Below are positions 48,535 through 62,047 of a stretch of 64,000 nt of DNA, in pieces (the first letter of the stretch is position 1; every line of letters begins with the position of its first letter). Source of the stretch: Nemertoderma westbladi (Eukaryota > Animalia > Xenacoelomorpha); the NCBI GenBank assembly GCA_032718475.1, contig JAUCBJ010000087.1, positions 1 through 64,000 of the forward strand. Reading direction: 5' to 3'. The notes beneath the pieces were generated by a model that was not told the DNA's origin, searched no databases, and was given only the letters and a program-made list of their open reading frames with translations. The position numbers were made by a program, and so were the translations under genes.

Positions 48535-51102
48535 GTTGTTACCAACCAATCCCGGAAAAAATAACAAAATCGCAATGATAACCTATCTAAAAATAGTGTT
48601 ATTTTAGTCCTAGGAAAAAATAACACATTTATTTTTCAACACTCCGGTATCTGCATGTTGAAATTATATTTATGCCTGTTTGCCGTGTTGTGAATACAGT
48701 AGTTAGCTTACGGTACCGGTACCTTTACTAACATGAGTGAAAGTGAAAGTTGTAAGAATAAGACTAGCGTAGGCCTATGGTATGTTTTCAGTTCAGAGTG
48801 TAGGTAGACTGACTGAATGCATCGTACAGTACAGGTAGCGGTACCACAGCTTCCTTTAAGGTCTCAATCACATCACTGCCTTACAACTACAGAACCTACC
48901 TGACCGGTAGGCCTACAGAACAGAGCATATTGGGGAATAATTTAATGTACCGGTACTAGCAAACTAAACGGGAAATGCAGTACTGGTAGGCCTACACTAC
49001 AAGTTCAGATTGCACACTCAACTCAGCCTACTCAGAGATCTTTTACTTTCGGTATTTGACAATTATGGACAGCAGCATCCTGATCATGGCAGGAATGCCA
49101 TTCTCAACAGTTTCTACGATTCTACCGTAAAGACGGACGTACCAGACAGACAGATTTGTACCTACAGTACCAGTTGTAAATAACGTAGGTTTACATACTG
49201 CACATGCACAATGCTGTAGAACTACGGTACCGGTACAACGATAATAAAATTTAAGAAATTCCACCAAAAATATTATATTTTACTTTTTCGCCAGGAAAAA
49301 AGTTAAATGTTTTCTCCAGCTTTTGGTCTAAATTCGGGCGAAAAAGTAACAATTTAAGAATAAATAATTATTTATTACATGGGAAAAAAATTAGAACTTT
49401 TTTCCATTATTCTCGAGGCATTTTATTTACCGAGCTTCAGCGAGGTTAATAAAGGGTTGATAGAATATTGAGAAACAAAATGTTCTACTTTTTTCTCATA
49501 TACTGTAATACGTAAGTTTATTCTTAAGTTAAATTGGTACATCGTATACAGTATGGTAAGCCTACAGTACATTGGATAACGTACAGCGATATAGAGTTAC
49601 AAAATAAATTAAGCTGTAGTATTTTACTATATTGCTTCCGTAGTTACTGCGATTCAAATTCTTGTACTCTGGGTTTAACTCATGATTCTGATTACTCAAC
49701 GTTAAATAATTCAATGTTCTCGAATATTTATTACGTAACTAGAGAGCCGATTAACAACATAAACCAATATTGGATATTGAGTTCCGTTTTGGAGTACTAA
49801 AGTTACAATAACTTTTGAGTATAGATTTTGCACAAATTACTTGCAAACCTTTTCTACGTCGATGCTCTTGCAACACAATTAATTAAATTTAAAAAATGAC
49901 ACCAAAAATATTTTATTTTCCTATTTTCGCCGGGAAAAAAGTAAAATTAATGCAATCGTATGGTTACTATTTTCCTATGGAAAAGGTACCTCCTTTTCCC
50001 GATTTTTGGGTATACAGTATTCGATCGAAAGAGTACGTGTACGCTAACAATTTAATTTAAGAGTAATATTACATACAGTAAGTTGTGAAATCGGTATTAC
50101 TGTTGGCATTAATATGTAAAATTTTTTACAGCAATCTAACGTGTAATGTATACCTACTGTACTTTATGTTACCCTGTTAGGTTACCCCTCCCTATAAGAA
50201 AATACAATATGTCAGTATGTGTGTGATTATTTTTTGTGAATGATTTTTACCCTTTCGCGAGTCGCACATGCATTGGTTTCGGAAACTTGGGTTTCATTGA
50301 ATTTTGAAGTACAAAAAATCAATGGCGGAATTTATTGCATCGAAGCGAAGTGTTTGGGTTAGGCCTAATTTACATACATTTTCTGCCATTTTTTATACAA
50401 AGGTAAATGCTGAGTGATAAAATAAAAATATGCATTGCGTGTGCAATAAATCGTTAAAATGCATCAATGCGTCTTTTCACCTATTCTCACACGAATGGTT
50501 CTGTCTACATTGTGTTTCACCCAATTCCACACGATGTAACGCTCTCAGCTGTCCCGAGTAGACTCCCATCACCATCATCGTGTTACCTATACATACTGTG
50601 GAATGAAAATAAATTCTAGTATTTTCTATCATTTATTTTATATTACTTTATTATTTGATCTATTGTATTTATTAGTTTTTTTTACTTTATTCCAGTTTAC
50701 CCGCCAGGGGAAAATTGTTAGGCCTAGGCCCGCTCATGTTATTTATTTATTTTATGCCTTGGCCGCTCGTGTTATTTATTAATTTGTAATTAGTGTCTCC
50801 CCCCAAAATTTCCAAGCCCCATTTTTATATTTCTACCCCCAAACAAAACCCTTTTAGAAATCTAGCGTATCTGGATGGGTTTAGTATATTGTAAATTAAT
50901 AGTGGCTTCTTGATATAAACATGATGTAGTTGGTTATTTTTTCCGAGATTAGTTGGTAACAACACATTTATTATCCTGATATTTTGTTATTTTTCCGGTT
51001 ATTTTAACCCTCGGAACAGGAAAGCCTCGGCTACGCCTCGGCTAGTCCCTGTTCCTCGGGTTAAAATAACCGGAAAAATAACAAAATATCAGGGTAATAA
51101 AT
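48535..51102. mobile_element. Non-autonomous element with inverted repeats and a terminal hairpin (Crypton-like, tentative)
   Basis: GTTGTTACCAACCAATCCCGGAAAAAATAAC (48535) is inverted at 50934-50963. A 137-bp hairpin at 50966-51102 has core CCTCGGCTACGCCTCGG. The element splits a repeat that is contiguous at 55712-56003. Confidence 0.5.
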
Positions 51103-51107
51103 ATAGA

Positions 51108-51443
51108 TGTTGGTGATATTAATGGTGTTGTTATTTGTGGTTGGTTGCAATGGTAAAGTACAATAACTGAATGTGAAGGTGTTGATGATAAGGGAAGTGG
51201 TGTTGTTATTTTGTGGTTGGTTGCAATGGTTGGGTACAATAACTGATCATGAAGGGGTTGATGATATAGAAGTGGAATGGGGTATTGTTATATCTGATGA
51301 CATTATATATGTTGTAATTGCCACTTCGATTTCTAGTCCCTAGCAAATCTGGCCCTGGTGAACTGCATCTGCGGGGGACCTCAACTCCGCTGTGACACCA
51401 CAGTTCCGGTAGTTCAGGTCAGGGAGGCTTGTAGAGGTGAAGA
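51108..51443. repeat. Dispersed repeat (5' part at 48475-48540; intact copy at 55712-56003)
   Basis: High nucleotide similarity, e.g. TAGCAAATCTGGCCCTGGTGAACTGCATCTGCGGGGGACCTCAACTC. Confidence 0.85.
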
Positions 51444-51578
51444 TTAGCGAGCTTGGGCGTCGCTCTTAAAGCGACGCATTGCACCACTTTTCGCCTTAGC
51501 ACATTGGTGGCAAAGGCCGTGTTTGCTAAAAGTAAATAGAATTGGCTTTCTTGTGAATTTGTAATGCAGCACCTATTA

Positions 51579-51693
51579 CCGTATTTACCCGAATAAACGT
51601 TCCCGGACCATAGCAACTTAAACGCCCTCCCCGAATAAACCAATTAGAAATTCATAGACTTAAATGTCCAGGCATTAATTCGGGTAGATACGC
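51579..51693. mobile_element. Tiny pogo/Tigger MITE
   Basis: TA|CCGTATTTACCCGAATAA...TTAATTCGGGTAGATACGC|TA. Confidence 0.65.
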
Positions 51694-52399
51694 TATTTAT
51701 ATAAATTAACTTTGTTCATTTAAAAAAATTTACGCATTTATTTACTATTTATTATTTCACCACAAGCTGTGTCTGAACAACCGGGGGTTCCATGAACTCT
51801 CCTCTAGCTGCGTCTGCAGATTCTGTATGGAATCGTCCCAGTCGCGTTACCATGCGCTTCATTGCCCTCAATGTCCTCCTCTCTCGGTGCTGTCACTCTC
51901 ATAAATTCGTTTCCTTCACAACACGGCTCGCCCCACAAACAGACAATACTTAACTGGTATTATCTTTTATCATGCGGTTTTTTACTAATAACCTATTTAA
52001 TCAAATTTTACAATTTTTTACCCCGGCTGGGGGTGTATCTTTAAATATATACTATTTATTATACTATATTTTTGGACAGGGGGAATTTCATGCAAATCAC
52101 ATCTCAGTGAATTAATATATTGTCACAGCGGATTAACAATATTAATTGACAATTATTGCGAACTTGAATCTTAGTTAATGCATAGTTGGATTACAATTTA
52201 TTCAACTATGCATGCAAAGGATGTGAAAATTCGAGAATCAGACAATTATTTGATATCTATATATCAGATCAGTATAACATCTGTATTATCCTATATGTAC
52301 GTATACTTATACTTACCCTATAATGATGTTGAATGTCAAAGTTGATAAAAGCGTTTGCCATTGGAGAGTTGTATTATTACAAGATTATTACTATTACCC

Positions 52400-52860
52400 G
52401 GTTGATGGCGCAGGTGACCCATTTGATGGGTGGGTGCTACCCAGGTTGATGGGGCGGGTGGTACACAGGTTGAGGGGTGGTACACATGTTGAGGGGACAG
52501 GTGGTACCCAGGTTGAGGGGGCAGGTAGTACACAGGTTGAGGGGGCAGGTGGTACACAAGTTGAGGGGGCAGGTGTGACACAGGTTGAGGGGGCGTGTGT
52601 TGCACAGGTTTAGGGGGCATGTGGTACACAGGTTGAAGGGCGGGGGCAGGTAGTACACAGGTTGAGGGGGCAGGTGGTACACAAGTTGAGGGGGCAGGTG
52701 TGACACAGCTTGAGGGGGCGTGTGTTGCACAGTTTTAGGGGGCATGTGGTACACAGGTTGAAGGGCCGTTTGGTACACAGGTTGAGGGGGCGTGTGGTAC
52801 ACATTTTGAGGGGCCAGGTGGTTCCCAGGTTGAGGAGCCACGTTACCCGGTTGAGGGACC
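52400..52860. repeat. 24-bp G-rich minisatellite (GTGGTACACAGGTTGAGGGGGCAG, ~18 copies)
   Basis: Tandem periodicity with higher-order variant pattern. Confidence 0.9.
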
Positions 52861-55711
52861 GACCAGTTAGGGCTAGCTAGTCGAAAAAAAAAAACGTAAT
52901 CTAAAATTTCTAAAATACATTCGACATCAAGTGGCAAGTGTGTGTTTAACTGCAGATAAGCATCGAGCTCAAACATTGCATTCAATCACAATTCTACTTA
53001 TGAAATCATTGGAAAGTTGATTGAATAAAAGTTAATTTCGGCAATCCTCATGCGTGTTGTTATTCATCTACCGTAGGTCTATAGCTACTGCAGTACTGTA
53101 TATGTGAGTGGAACAAAATTCACTGTCATAATAACCTCATAGGAACACATTTTCAAATGACTTGCGAAATTCTCTGAATTCCACCCGAAATGAAATGAAT
53201 TCCATTCTACATCCCTAAGAAATCTAACATAAAAAATATGTCAATGTCAATGTGATTATTTAATTCCAAGAGATGTGCCACCTTCCCTATTGCTATTGCA
53301 ATAACATCAGTGTTCGAATGAGACATGAATTCGACCCTCATTCAATTGCATTTCGTACATGTAGAAGTAATCGTGTGTTAGCCTCTTCATTGTCGCATAA
53401 TGGCATTTCATACGTACTGCTTGATTTAATTAAAACCTCACTTCCAAAAACTTCCCAAGTTCGCCAAAGAGAACTTTCACAGGTAAGGCTCCAAGCCTAT
53501 GAAATTCGCTAACATTGTCTATAGCAATATATATGTATATATAGTATATGCAGTATATATATATATGTATATATATAAAATTCCCAGTAAGGGTTATAAT
53601 TCTGTAGGAGTCTTGGAAAATGATGTTTTGCAAATGACCCCCTGTTGCCATGGAAATAGGGGACCCTTAATATGCGAATTTTTCAAGGAGCCAGTCATTT
53701 TCATATTCACCTCACTTTTGCGCTTCATCATAGCAATTTTCATGCTTTTGAAAAATTGTTGCATGTTGGCCATTTTTAAAGCATAACAGACTCCACTATA
53801 TTTTTATAATCTCATAATTTATAATCTTTATCATTTCATACGCCGGCGATAACTCCAAAAATTCCCAGTTTGTTTGCAGTGCATGTTCAGCGCATCTCCA
53901 CTACACAACCATGCTCAAACTTTTAAAAACATCAGCACATACAATGCCAATGTATCCCAATGGCGACATTACAGTCGTTGTTATTGACAACAACCAATTT
54001 CTAGAACAAAGAACCTACCATCTATATAACCAACAATCACAGCTTTTAACCAAGGTTTGCTCGGTTATAAGTATGATTAATTCTCTGACTATCGCCATTC
54101 ATGACGAAGCTCTGAATTATATTGATTTACGACCAGATGAGGTTCCTGGAATTGTCAACAGAGTTTATTGAGGACAATGAAACATTGTTTAGAAACCTTC
54201 GTGCCATATTTCTTCTTAAGGAATTGCATTTACTTAAAAATAAGAATTTTAAAACTCCACTAAACCCTAGTTACCAATGTCTTATTGATGGCGGTGTGAG
54301 TGTGGTAGTCCTTACCGAAAGGCCAGGTCCATCAATGGTCGATATTCGGATACACACTCCCTTGCCTTATGACCCTTGCAGCTATGACAAAGTAAAAGAA
54401 GTGCTGGCTTACGTTGAGCTAGCGTAGTAACCAAACTACGTCCGTCGCCTACCACACACTTCTAATCCAACAAGGCCCTTTCCAGTGGCACTTGTTTTCC
54501 TGAGAAGGGTGCATGGTAATGAATAGCTATGGACAGGATGGCATTTAATTCCCCCCTTGCTTACACAGGTAGACAATAAACATCAATATCAACGAATATG
54601 TGTATATTTAAGTAATATTGTAAATAAAGGATTATATAATTAGTAATATTGAATGATACACTTACCAACAATAATATGTCTGGACTCTACCACCCATTCC
54701 ACCCCAAGATTTGAATAGCACAAATATTTAATGATAATTTTTGTAACTGTCTGAACCTGAACCTGGTAACAAATTAGAGTAATCTATCCCATCCCTCCAA
54801 ACTAAAGATACCGACAGAGTCAACCGCATAACAGAGAGAGAGTGAAAATATATTGTCATTACTGCTATTATATAGTACTACCAAACCAGGCTTGCTAGTC
54901 TACAGTAGTATCTATTAATACTATAGATATTACTGTAGATGCTCACAAATTTAGTTTGGATTGTCTAGCTGCAGTTGATGATGTGTTTCACCAACATTAA
55001 TTAATTTTCAGTCTCTCAGAAGCAAAGACACTAATCAAATTGCAATAAATACCAAAAAACTACTAAAAGTACGGAAAATATTCACTGCATGTCGGTGACA
55101 ATTACTTTATACAGAGCCCAGGAACACGCTGAATCCAACCGTACTTTCCCAATATCGTGAGAGCCAGTAGTTTAGGTATAGACAGAGGAACATACAAACA
55201 TAAATATATACACAATTTGAATGCGTGCCTGGTAGCCAACAAACAATATTTTATATGTTGAAATAAATTATAAAAAGGCCATATTTCAAGTGCTCAAATA
55301 TAATTCCACAAAGCCAAAGCAAAGTGTGTCACTAAACGGGCCTCTACCTACAGTTTATATTCAGATAAAGGCTAATGAGGATAAACGGTCTAGTGTATCA
55401 AGTTCTCTGAATCTCGTCTGCACTCCACAGCTCAGTCAAATATTATATAAGATTATAAGCAAATGTCAGTAACAGCAACATACTGTAAGATGTTCGCTAG
55501 CTGGAGGTGTGTCTTGCATGGTAGGTAGCATATCCTTAAGCCATACAGTCCCTAGTGCTGCTATCATACAGCATTTTCATTCAACTGTAATTAGCCAGAC
55601 TAGCACCTTGCCATAAGGGAGCCGGGTTATCGCCCCGTCCATAGGCTCCAGGAGGAGCTCAGTGGTCATTCGATTCTCTCTGACCAGAGAACTCCGCCCT
55701 CTTGTGAACAA

Positions 55712-56003
55712 TTAAGGAATTGTTACAGATTGAATGACATTGGAGGCATTCCAGTTTTGTGTTTATGGGTAGTTATTGGTGATATTAATGGTGTTGTTAT
55801 TTGTGGTTGGTTGCAATGGTCAAGTACAATAACTGATTGTGAAGGTGTTGATGATAAGGAAGTGGAATGGGGTATTGTTATATCCGATGACATTATATCT
55901 GTTGTAATTGCCACTTCGATTTCTAGTCCTTAGCAAATCTGGCCCTGGTGAACTGCATCTGCGGGGGACCTCAACTCTGCTGTGACGCTTGTAGAGGTGA
56001 AGC
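55712..56003. repeat. Dispersed repeat, uninterrupted copy
   Basis: Matches 48475-48540 joined to 51108-51443. Confidence 0.85.
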
Positions 56004-56039
56004 GTGGATTCTCAGCACTACTCTGTGGTATACACATTT

Positions 56040-56460
56040 TGAAACACCTAATACGAACAATATACTCGTCAATTAAAACAGGCTAAAACGGAAGACAAAT
56101 TAATATCGTTGTACAAAACCGACCACCATTAAAGGACTACAGGGGTTTGTAGGAATGATAAACTTCTATCATCGGTTTATTCCTTCAGCCACATACATTA
56201 TGCGCCCTCCTTTAAGTTGGTAAGTCATCAACATCAACTGAAAATTGTTTATCAAGAATACCAGGAGCATTATTATTTATTAGGAAGAGTAATTGCTGTA
56301 ATCTGGCACAGATACTCAAATTGATCTAACTTTCCCAAGTTATGTCGAAATGAGAGTCTCGGATACGACCTGCCACATACAGATTCAATAACGGCAGTTT
56401 GTGAACAGACCTTTATCTTACTTTAGTTTCATACTTTACTATGGTTTTTGTAAGACCCAG
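56040..56460 (+). pseudogene. Highly decayed Gypsy RT/RNase H remnant
   Basis: GMINFYHRFIP motif near 56152; flanks heavily frameshifted. Confidence 0.5.
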
Positions 56461-57049
56461 TCAAGCTTTTATTGACTGGAATTATTACATTATATTATTA
56501 AAATTATAATATTACATTATAAGATTAATTATACATACTAAGATTGTAATGTAAAACTCACATTATATATGTTAATAAATATTATTTTATTAAATATTGT
56601 TTGCTTTATTTGCATTGCTGAGCATTTGATTAATAATATCGATGATATGTCGAACCGAAATATTATTATTGACACCAAACCCAGGTAGGTCTCTATAATT
56701 TAGCACCATTGATAATTTGGACAATCGTGTTTAGACATGTGTGTGCCGACTTATACCCTAATATTAAATAATTGCCATATGACGATATTTTTAACTAATG
56801 ATTCAAGCGAAGCCTTTAATAATAACAATATCATGATTGAGCATTGTCCTAGATTTAATATTACAGTATAAAGTAAAAATACATTTCCCCTAAAGGGAAA
56901 CACGATTCCTAACTAAGCCCTTCGTAAATAATCAGTCAGTCCTATATTTAATTAATTTTTAATAATAGTAGTAATTTATTTAATAATAATAATGATATCA
57001 AGGAACTTTTAGTATATAAAGGAATAAATGAATCAAGGAACTTATAGTA

Positions 57050-58636
57050 ACGAATTTGATGAATTTTACAATAATTTTATTAAAATTTGCGATAACCATG
57101 TTCCCAAAAAAACGCTTTCTCCACGAATCCTTCCCAAAAAAACCATGGATAACAAATAAATTAATCAAATTAACGATTATCAAAAATAATTTATACCGCA
57201 TTTATATCAAAAATTCATCTGACGAAAACTTGAGGTCCTTCAAAAGATTTAGAAATAAACTGACATCCCTTTTACGAACAGCTGAAAAAAAACTACTACG
57301 CAAAAAAATATGAAGATAACTCAGGGAACATGAGATAAACATGGATGATTATAAATAGTGCACTAAATAAATCCAACAAACACTCCATACCAAAACAGAT
57401 TACAATTCGCACTGACGATTCAATTAAGACCATTACCGATAAAATTTAATGACTACTTTTCTACTTTGGACCCAACCTAGCCAATGAAATCCCCCGTTCT
57501 ACCCGCTCCCCAACACGTTTTGTACATCATTCCAATCCGAAGTCTTGTAATTACAGAAACAATACCAGTAGAAGTAGAATACCGTCTCCTCCAACTCAAT
57601 CCTAATTCTGCTACTTATGACCCTTTCTCCAACAAATTGCTTACGGTTGCCGCTAAACCCCTATCTATCCATCTAAGCTACCTCATTAACTTATCTTTTT
57701 CCATTGGCTTCTTCCCGGATTCCCTAAAAATTGCTAAGAGTGACTCCCATCCAAAAAGGGGGCGATCCTTCAGATCGAAATAACTACCATCCTATCTCAT
57801 TATTGCCGGTTATCTCTAATATTTTCGAATCAATTATAAATTCACAACTTATTTCATACTTGTCTAAGTTTAACATTATTATTTCTTCATCTCAATTCGG
57901 TTTCAGGCCAAAAAGAACCACAACCCGTGCACTTTTATCTTTTTTAGAAAAAATTTATAACGCCCTCGAATTCAAACAATCTTCCTGCACAGTATACATC
58001 GACCTAACAAAAGCTTTTGATACATTAAATTTATCAGTATTATTAAAGAAACTCGAAGCCTATTGGATAAGAGGAGTGCCACTTAAACTTTTAGATAGCT
58101 TTCTTACTTCCAGATATCAGTTTGTACAATTAGGTCAAATTATTTCCTCATTACAACCCCTACTCTGTGGAGTTCCTCAAGGGTCTATTATCTCATCAAC
58201 TTTATTTTTACTATATACCAACGACCTCCCTAACTCTACCAAACTATTCTCTACTTTGTTCGCTGATGATACCACCCTTCTAATTTCTGATAAACTTACA
58301 CCTAACCTTATCTCGGAATTAATAGCTTTCTTACTTCCAGATATCAGTTTGTACAATTAGGTCAAATTATTTCCTCATTACAACCCCTACTCTGTGGAGT
58401 TCCTCAAGGGTCTATTATCTCATCAACTTTATTTTTACTATATACCAACGACCTCCCTAACTCTACCAAACTATTCTCTACTTTGTTCGCTGATGATACC
58501 ACCCTTCTAATTTCTGATAAACTTACACCTAACCTTATCTCGGAATTTAATCTAGAACTTACTAAGATATCTAACTGGCAAACTGATAATAGTCTAACAT
58601 TAAACCTAACTAAGACAGAAGCTACATTCTTCTCTA
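57050..58636 (+). mobile_element. CR1/L2-group LINE ORF2 (RT), 5' part, degraded
   Basis: KPWIT..KNNLY..FRNKLT, FPDSLKIA, NYHPISLLPVISNIFE, QFGFR, IDLTKAFDTLN, GVPQGSI, LFADDT, LTLNLTKTE. Confidence 0.9.
58095..58547 (+). repeat. 227-bp tandem duplication inside the CR1 RT
   Basis: 58095-58320 is repeated at 58322-58547 and appears identical. Confidence 0.9.
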
Positions 58637-59737
58637 CGACTACTATGATCGGCATGCTGCATTGCAGCTGCATTTTTCAGAATGCTGTGCCAGCTTGTCG
58701 ACAAAATTGCGCCGCCACAACTCCCTATCACACATGACATTTGCTAGATCATCCGCATCTTCAAGGCCAGTGTCCTTTAAGATGCGTCTCAAGAAAGTCA
58801 CGGGCTGTCCACCATGCTTATTCACTCCATGAGGCTGCCAGAGTACAAGATTATGCACTGGCTGGTCCTCACGGCGAAAGCAATGTCCTGCAAAGCGGAG
58901 GCGATTTTGTTCTAGTGTCAAGCTTGGGGGGAACCAATGAGACACCTCCAATGTTATATAGTGTCTGGTTGGAGATGTGTGCATTGTACTTGACACAATG
59001 AACACGGTGTAGCATTCTTGTGAATGTGCCATCCAGAGATTTGGTGTCCTCAGCAGTTAGAGCCCAGCATGGACTCCCATAGAGGAGTACTGGAACTACT
59101 GCTGCTCTAAATAATCAGACCTTAATTTTCCGATTAATTCTCGGTGACTTCCAAATCCTGGAAAGCCTATTCAAGGCTGCACATAAAATGCCATAGAAGA
59201 CGCACTATCCAATTTCTTTCGGCAGGCACCAACAAGATAATGGTGGATCGAAGTAGTGAGTAATAATAAATAGTAATATTATAAAATTTAATAATATTTT
59301 TATTTTAATAATTTTATATTAATATAGTATGGAGCGAATAAGCATCCGAACTTGAGAGAAAAGAATTTGCGACAACTATGGAGAATCGGGAAGCCTGGAA
59401 GGATCTCATCCTTCCAGCATCCCATCCGAGTTCGCTCGACCTAGTAGTAGTAGTAAATAAATAAATCGCGTAAATAGATAATACATTCAGCCTGGCCATT
59501 ATACAGATTAATATTATCAACGATTAATTCCATTCTCGAACAGACAAATTATAGATTATTCGATTACGTAATTATTTTAATGTACTTAATTATATTTTAT
59601 ATTGTTTACAGTCAGAAAAAGGGTGGAAAGAAGGATCTAGAAGATGCTACTAGTGGGGCTGAAGCCGATAGCGAAGATGAAAGAATATTATATATTGATA
59701 AAAACAAAATGGTTTTGGCCCTAATTACGTTACGGAT

Positions 59738-59994
59738 AACTTTATGAAACTGGATGTACGTTTTGGTTAACTTTATGAAAGTGGATGTATGTTTCGGTTA
59801 ACTTTATGAAAGTGGATGTACGTTTCGGTTAACTTTATGAAAGTGGATGTACGTTTCGGTTAACTTTATGAAACTGGATGTACGTTTCAGTTAACGTTAT
59901 GAAACTGGATGTGCGTTTTGGTTAACTTTATGAAACTGGATGTACGTTTCGGTTACCTTTATGAAAGTGTATGTACGTTTCGGTTAACTTTATG
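59738..59994. repeat. 31-bp tandem array (AACTTTATGAAAGTGGATGTACGTTTCGGTT, ~8 copies)
   Basis: Units start every 31 bp from 59738. Confidence 0.95.
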
Positions 59995-60850
59995 CAAGAA
60001 CCTCATACATGTTGCTCAGCTGTAGTGTGAAGCTGGACCTCACACTTGGCTGTTGCAACAGAGAGGACCAGTCATGCCGCGGCAAGGCAGATTTCATTGT
60101 TCTGCTAGCACGCAGACTAAGTCTTACCTTGGCCACTATAAGGCGGTGATCACTGGAGAAGGGTCGAAGTGTAAATGCATTACAGTCTTGTATACAGCTC
60201 CTGTATTTCCTACGAAACAGAATATGGTCTATCTGGGACTTGTGACCACTGGGTCCACTATGAGTCCATAGCTTTCCAGTTCGCTGCTTGAACTGGGTTC
60301 CAGCCGAAAACAATCCATTTCCAGAGATAAAATCCTGAAGATGGACGGAATTTCGGTTAACACTATTGCTATAGACCCAGGGCGATGTAGGTGATTGATG
60401 CAGATTTGCATTAAAGTCTCCCAGGAATGTTAAGAATGCATGCTGACCCACTCCATCAGTAGCTGCTTGTAGATTATAGTAGAAATTTTCCACTTCCTCT
60501 ACAGGGGCAACACTAGTTGGAGAGTAGCACACAATCAGAACCACCTTAGTAAACTTCTTAGCCAGTCTTCCAGAACATGAGAAGTGACAACGGATGATGC
60601 GGTTAGAGATTTGGTCTATTTTGTCCAATGCCGCATGTGCAGTTGGATTCATCAATAGACAAATTCCACCACTACCACTATCATCTGCTGAAGCGAGGGC
60701 GAGTCGCCAACCGACCCCCATGTCCTTAATCAGAACCTCATCAGTCTGTCCAGTCTGCATTCGGTGCTCTTGAACACCCACTGCGCTAAGAGAAAGCTTA
60801 TCTGCCAAGGCAGTCAGCTCACCTTGTCGCATTGGGGACCCGAGTCTCAC
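59995..60850 (-). pseudogene. Apurinic endonuclease (APE) domain of the RTE LINE
   Basis: VGVQEHR, SNRII, CYSPT, FLGDFNA, KLWTH, SQIDHIL, SSDHRLI. Confidence 0.9.
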
Positions 60851-61752
60851 TATGATTCACAACCTGGTGTTTAATATCCTTCCTCACCCTCTTTCCGATA
60901 GCGTCATAACTCTTATGGGCATCCGTACGGACAACAGCGTCGGTGGCTGCCAAATGTTTAATGGCGCTCTGCATTACTGGACCAGTGCGGTTCGGTATCA
61001 CTCGCGCAAACATCTTCCTGGCCTTCTTACTGGGGGATATTTCCACAGCGGTTGCTAACCATTGAGTCCTGCCGACACGCATTCGCTTGCCACAATTGTA
61101 CTTCCGCTAGGGACTGCCGTATCGTCAAACACTCCGTTCTGGAAGGTGCAACCGGAAGCCTCATAATCAGCCTCATTAAACATGGCGATCATCTCGGTTA
61201 CGTAGTTAATATAATCAGTGGCAGTCTTCAGATTAATGCAAAGCTCGTGGGCAATCTGAGCTCGATTGTAACAGTTGCAAAGCATATACAATAGAGCAAA
61301 AGAGGTGCGATGATCTAAACGCCCCCCTAGGCTTAGATACCCACCGGTTCGAAGTATCTTGGCAGGTTGACTCCCTCTCAAGCACGGCCGGATCGAAACC
61401 TCCAATACACAAGCTGTGATCCTGGGCGCTTCTTAGAACGCGATGGACGTGTCGACAGCTTCATCTCTTCGAAGCAGTGGCTACACAACGGCGGTTGATC
61501 CGGTCCCAGACCATGGCTGCACCACCAAGCCCATATCGTGGCCGAAGTCTCTTTAAAACAGTCCTCTAAGCGAATGTCGTTTAAACACTCAAAGGTGCAT
61601 CCTGAACATGTAAAATAAGCTATAGCCAAGTCAGACGATTAGAGCAAAAAAACCAAAGCAAGAAAACGTACTGTCAGAGGATAGGCAAGTCTGTATGTAG
61701 ACCGGTAATACTAGGTATTGGCATGCTGTGTACGAAAGTAATAAGAGGGACC
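60851..61752 (-). mobile_element. Merlin (IS1016/IS1595, ISXO2-like) transposon fragment
   Basis: CSHC zinc ribbon, AQIAHELCINLKTATDY HTH-like segment, VFDDT..RKYNCGKR, PNRTGPVM..I, VRTDAHKSY, HQVVNHS. Starts GG at 61752; 3' end missing. Confidence 0.8.
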
Positions 61753-62047
61753 AGTGGCTTTGTTGGTCGGGGTGGAACATGAGAGTAAGTAGCCTCCAAG
61801 TCAAGAATCCCTCCCCCCCTCACAATCTGGCCTCCCTGGTGACCCAGGGTTTAGGCCAGAAAGGTCATCAGGAAAGGGACTTAAAGAATTGTTGGCTGCT
61901 CTCTCTCCAGTAGGGGGTGAGACAGGCAGCCGGTCAGGAGATAACTGATGCCTGTGAGGCTGATTGTTTTCTGGTAATTCCACTGGCCTCTAGTGGCCGG
62001 ACCTCCGCATTACTAATGTAATCCATAGTGGGGGTTGGACTTCTCTA

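Larger units (their letters stand above)
58637..62039 (-). mobile_element. RTE LINE (family A), both ends present, interior rearranged, inserted in the CR1
   Basis: TSD CTTCTCTA (58629-58636 / 62040-62047). 3' end with TAG tail at 58637-59180, APE at 59995-60850, 5' region at 61753-62039. Confidence 0.8.

Noticed and set aside
60819-61629. Horizontally acquired bacterial IS1595
   Set aside because: The motifs fit eukaryotic Merlin transposases, and the fragment is embedded in animal LINEs.
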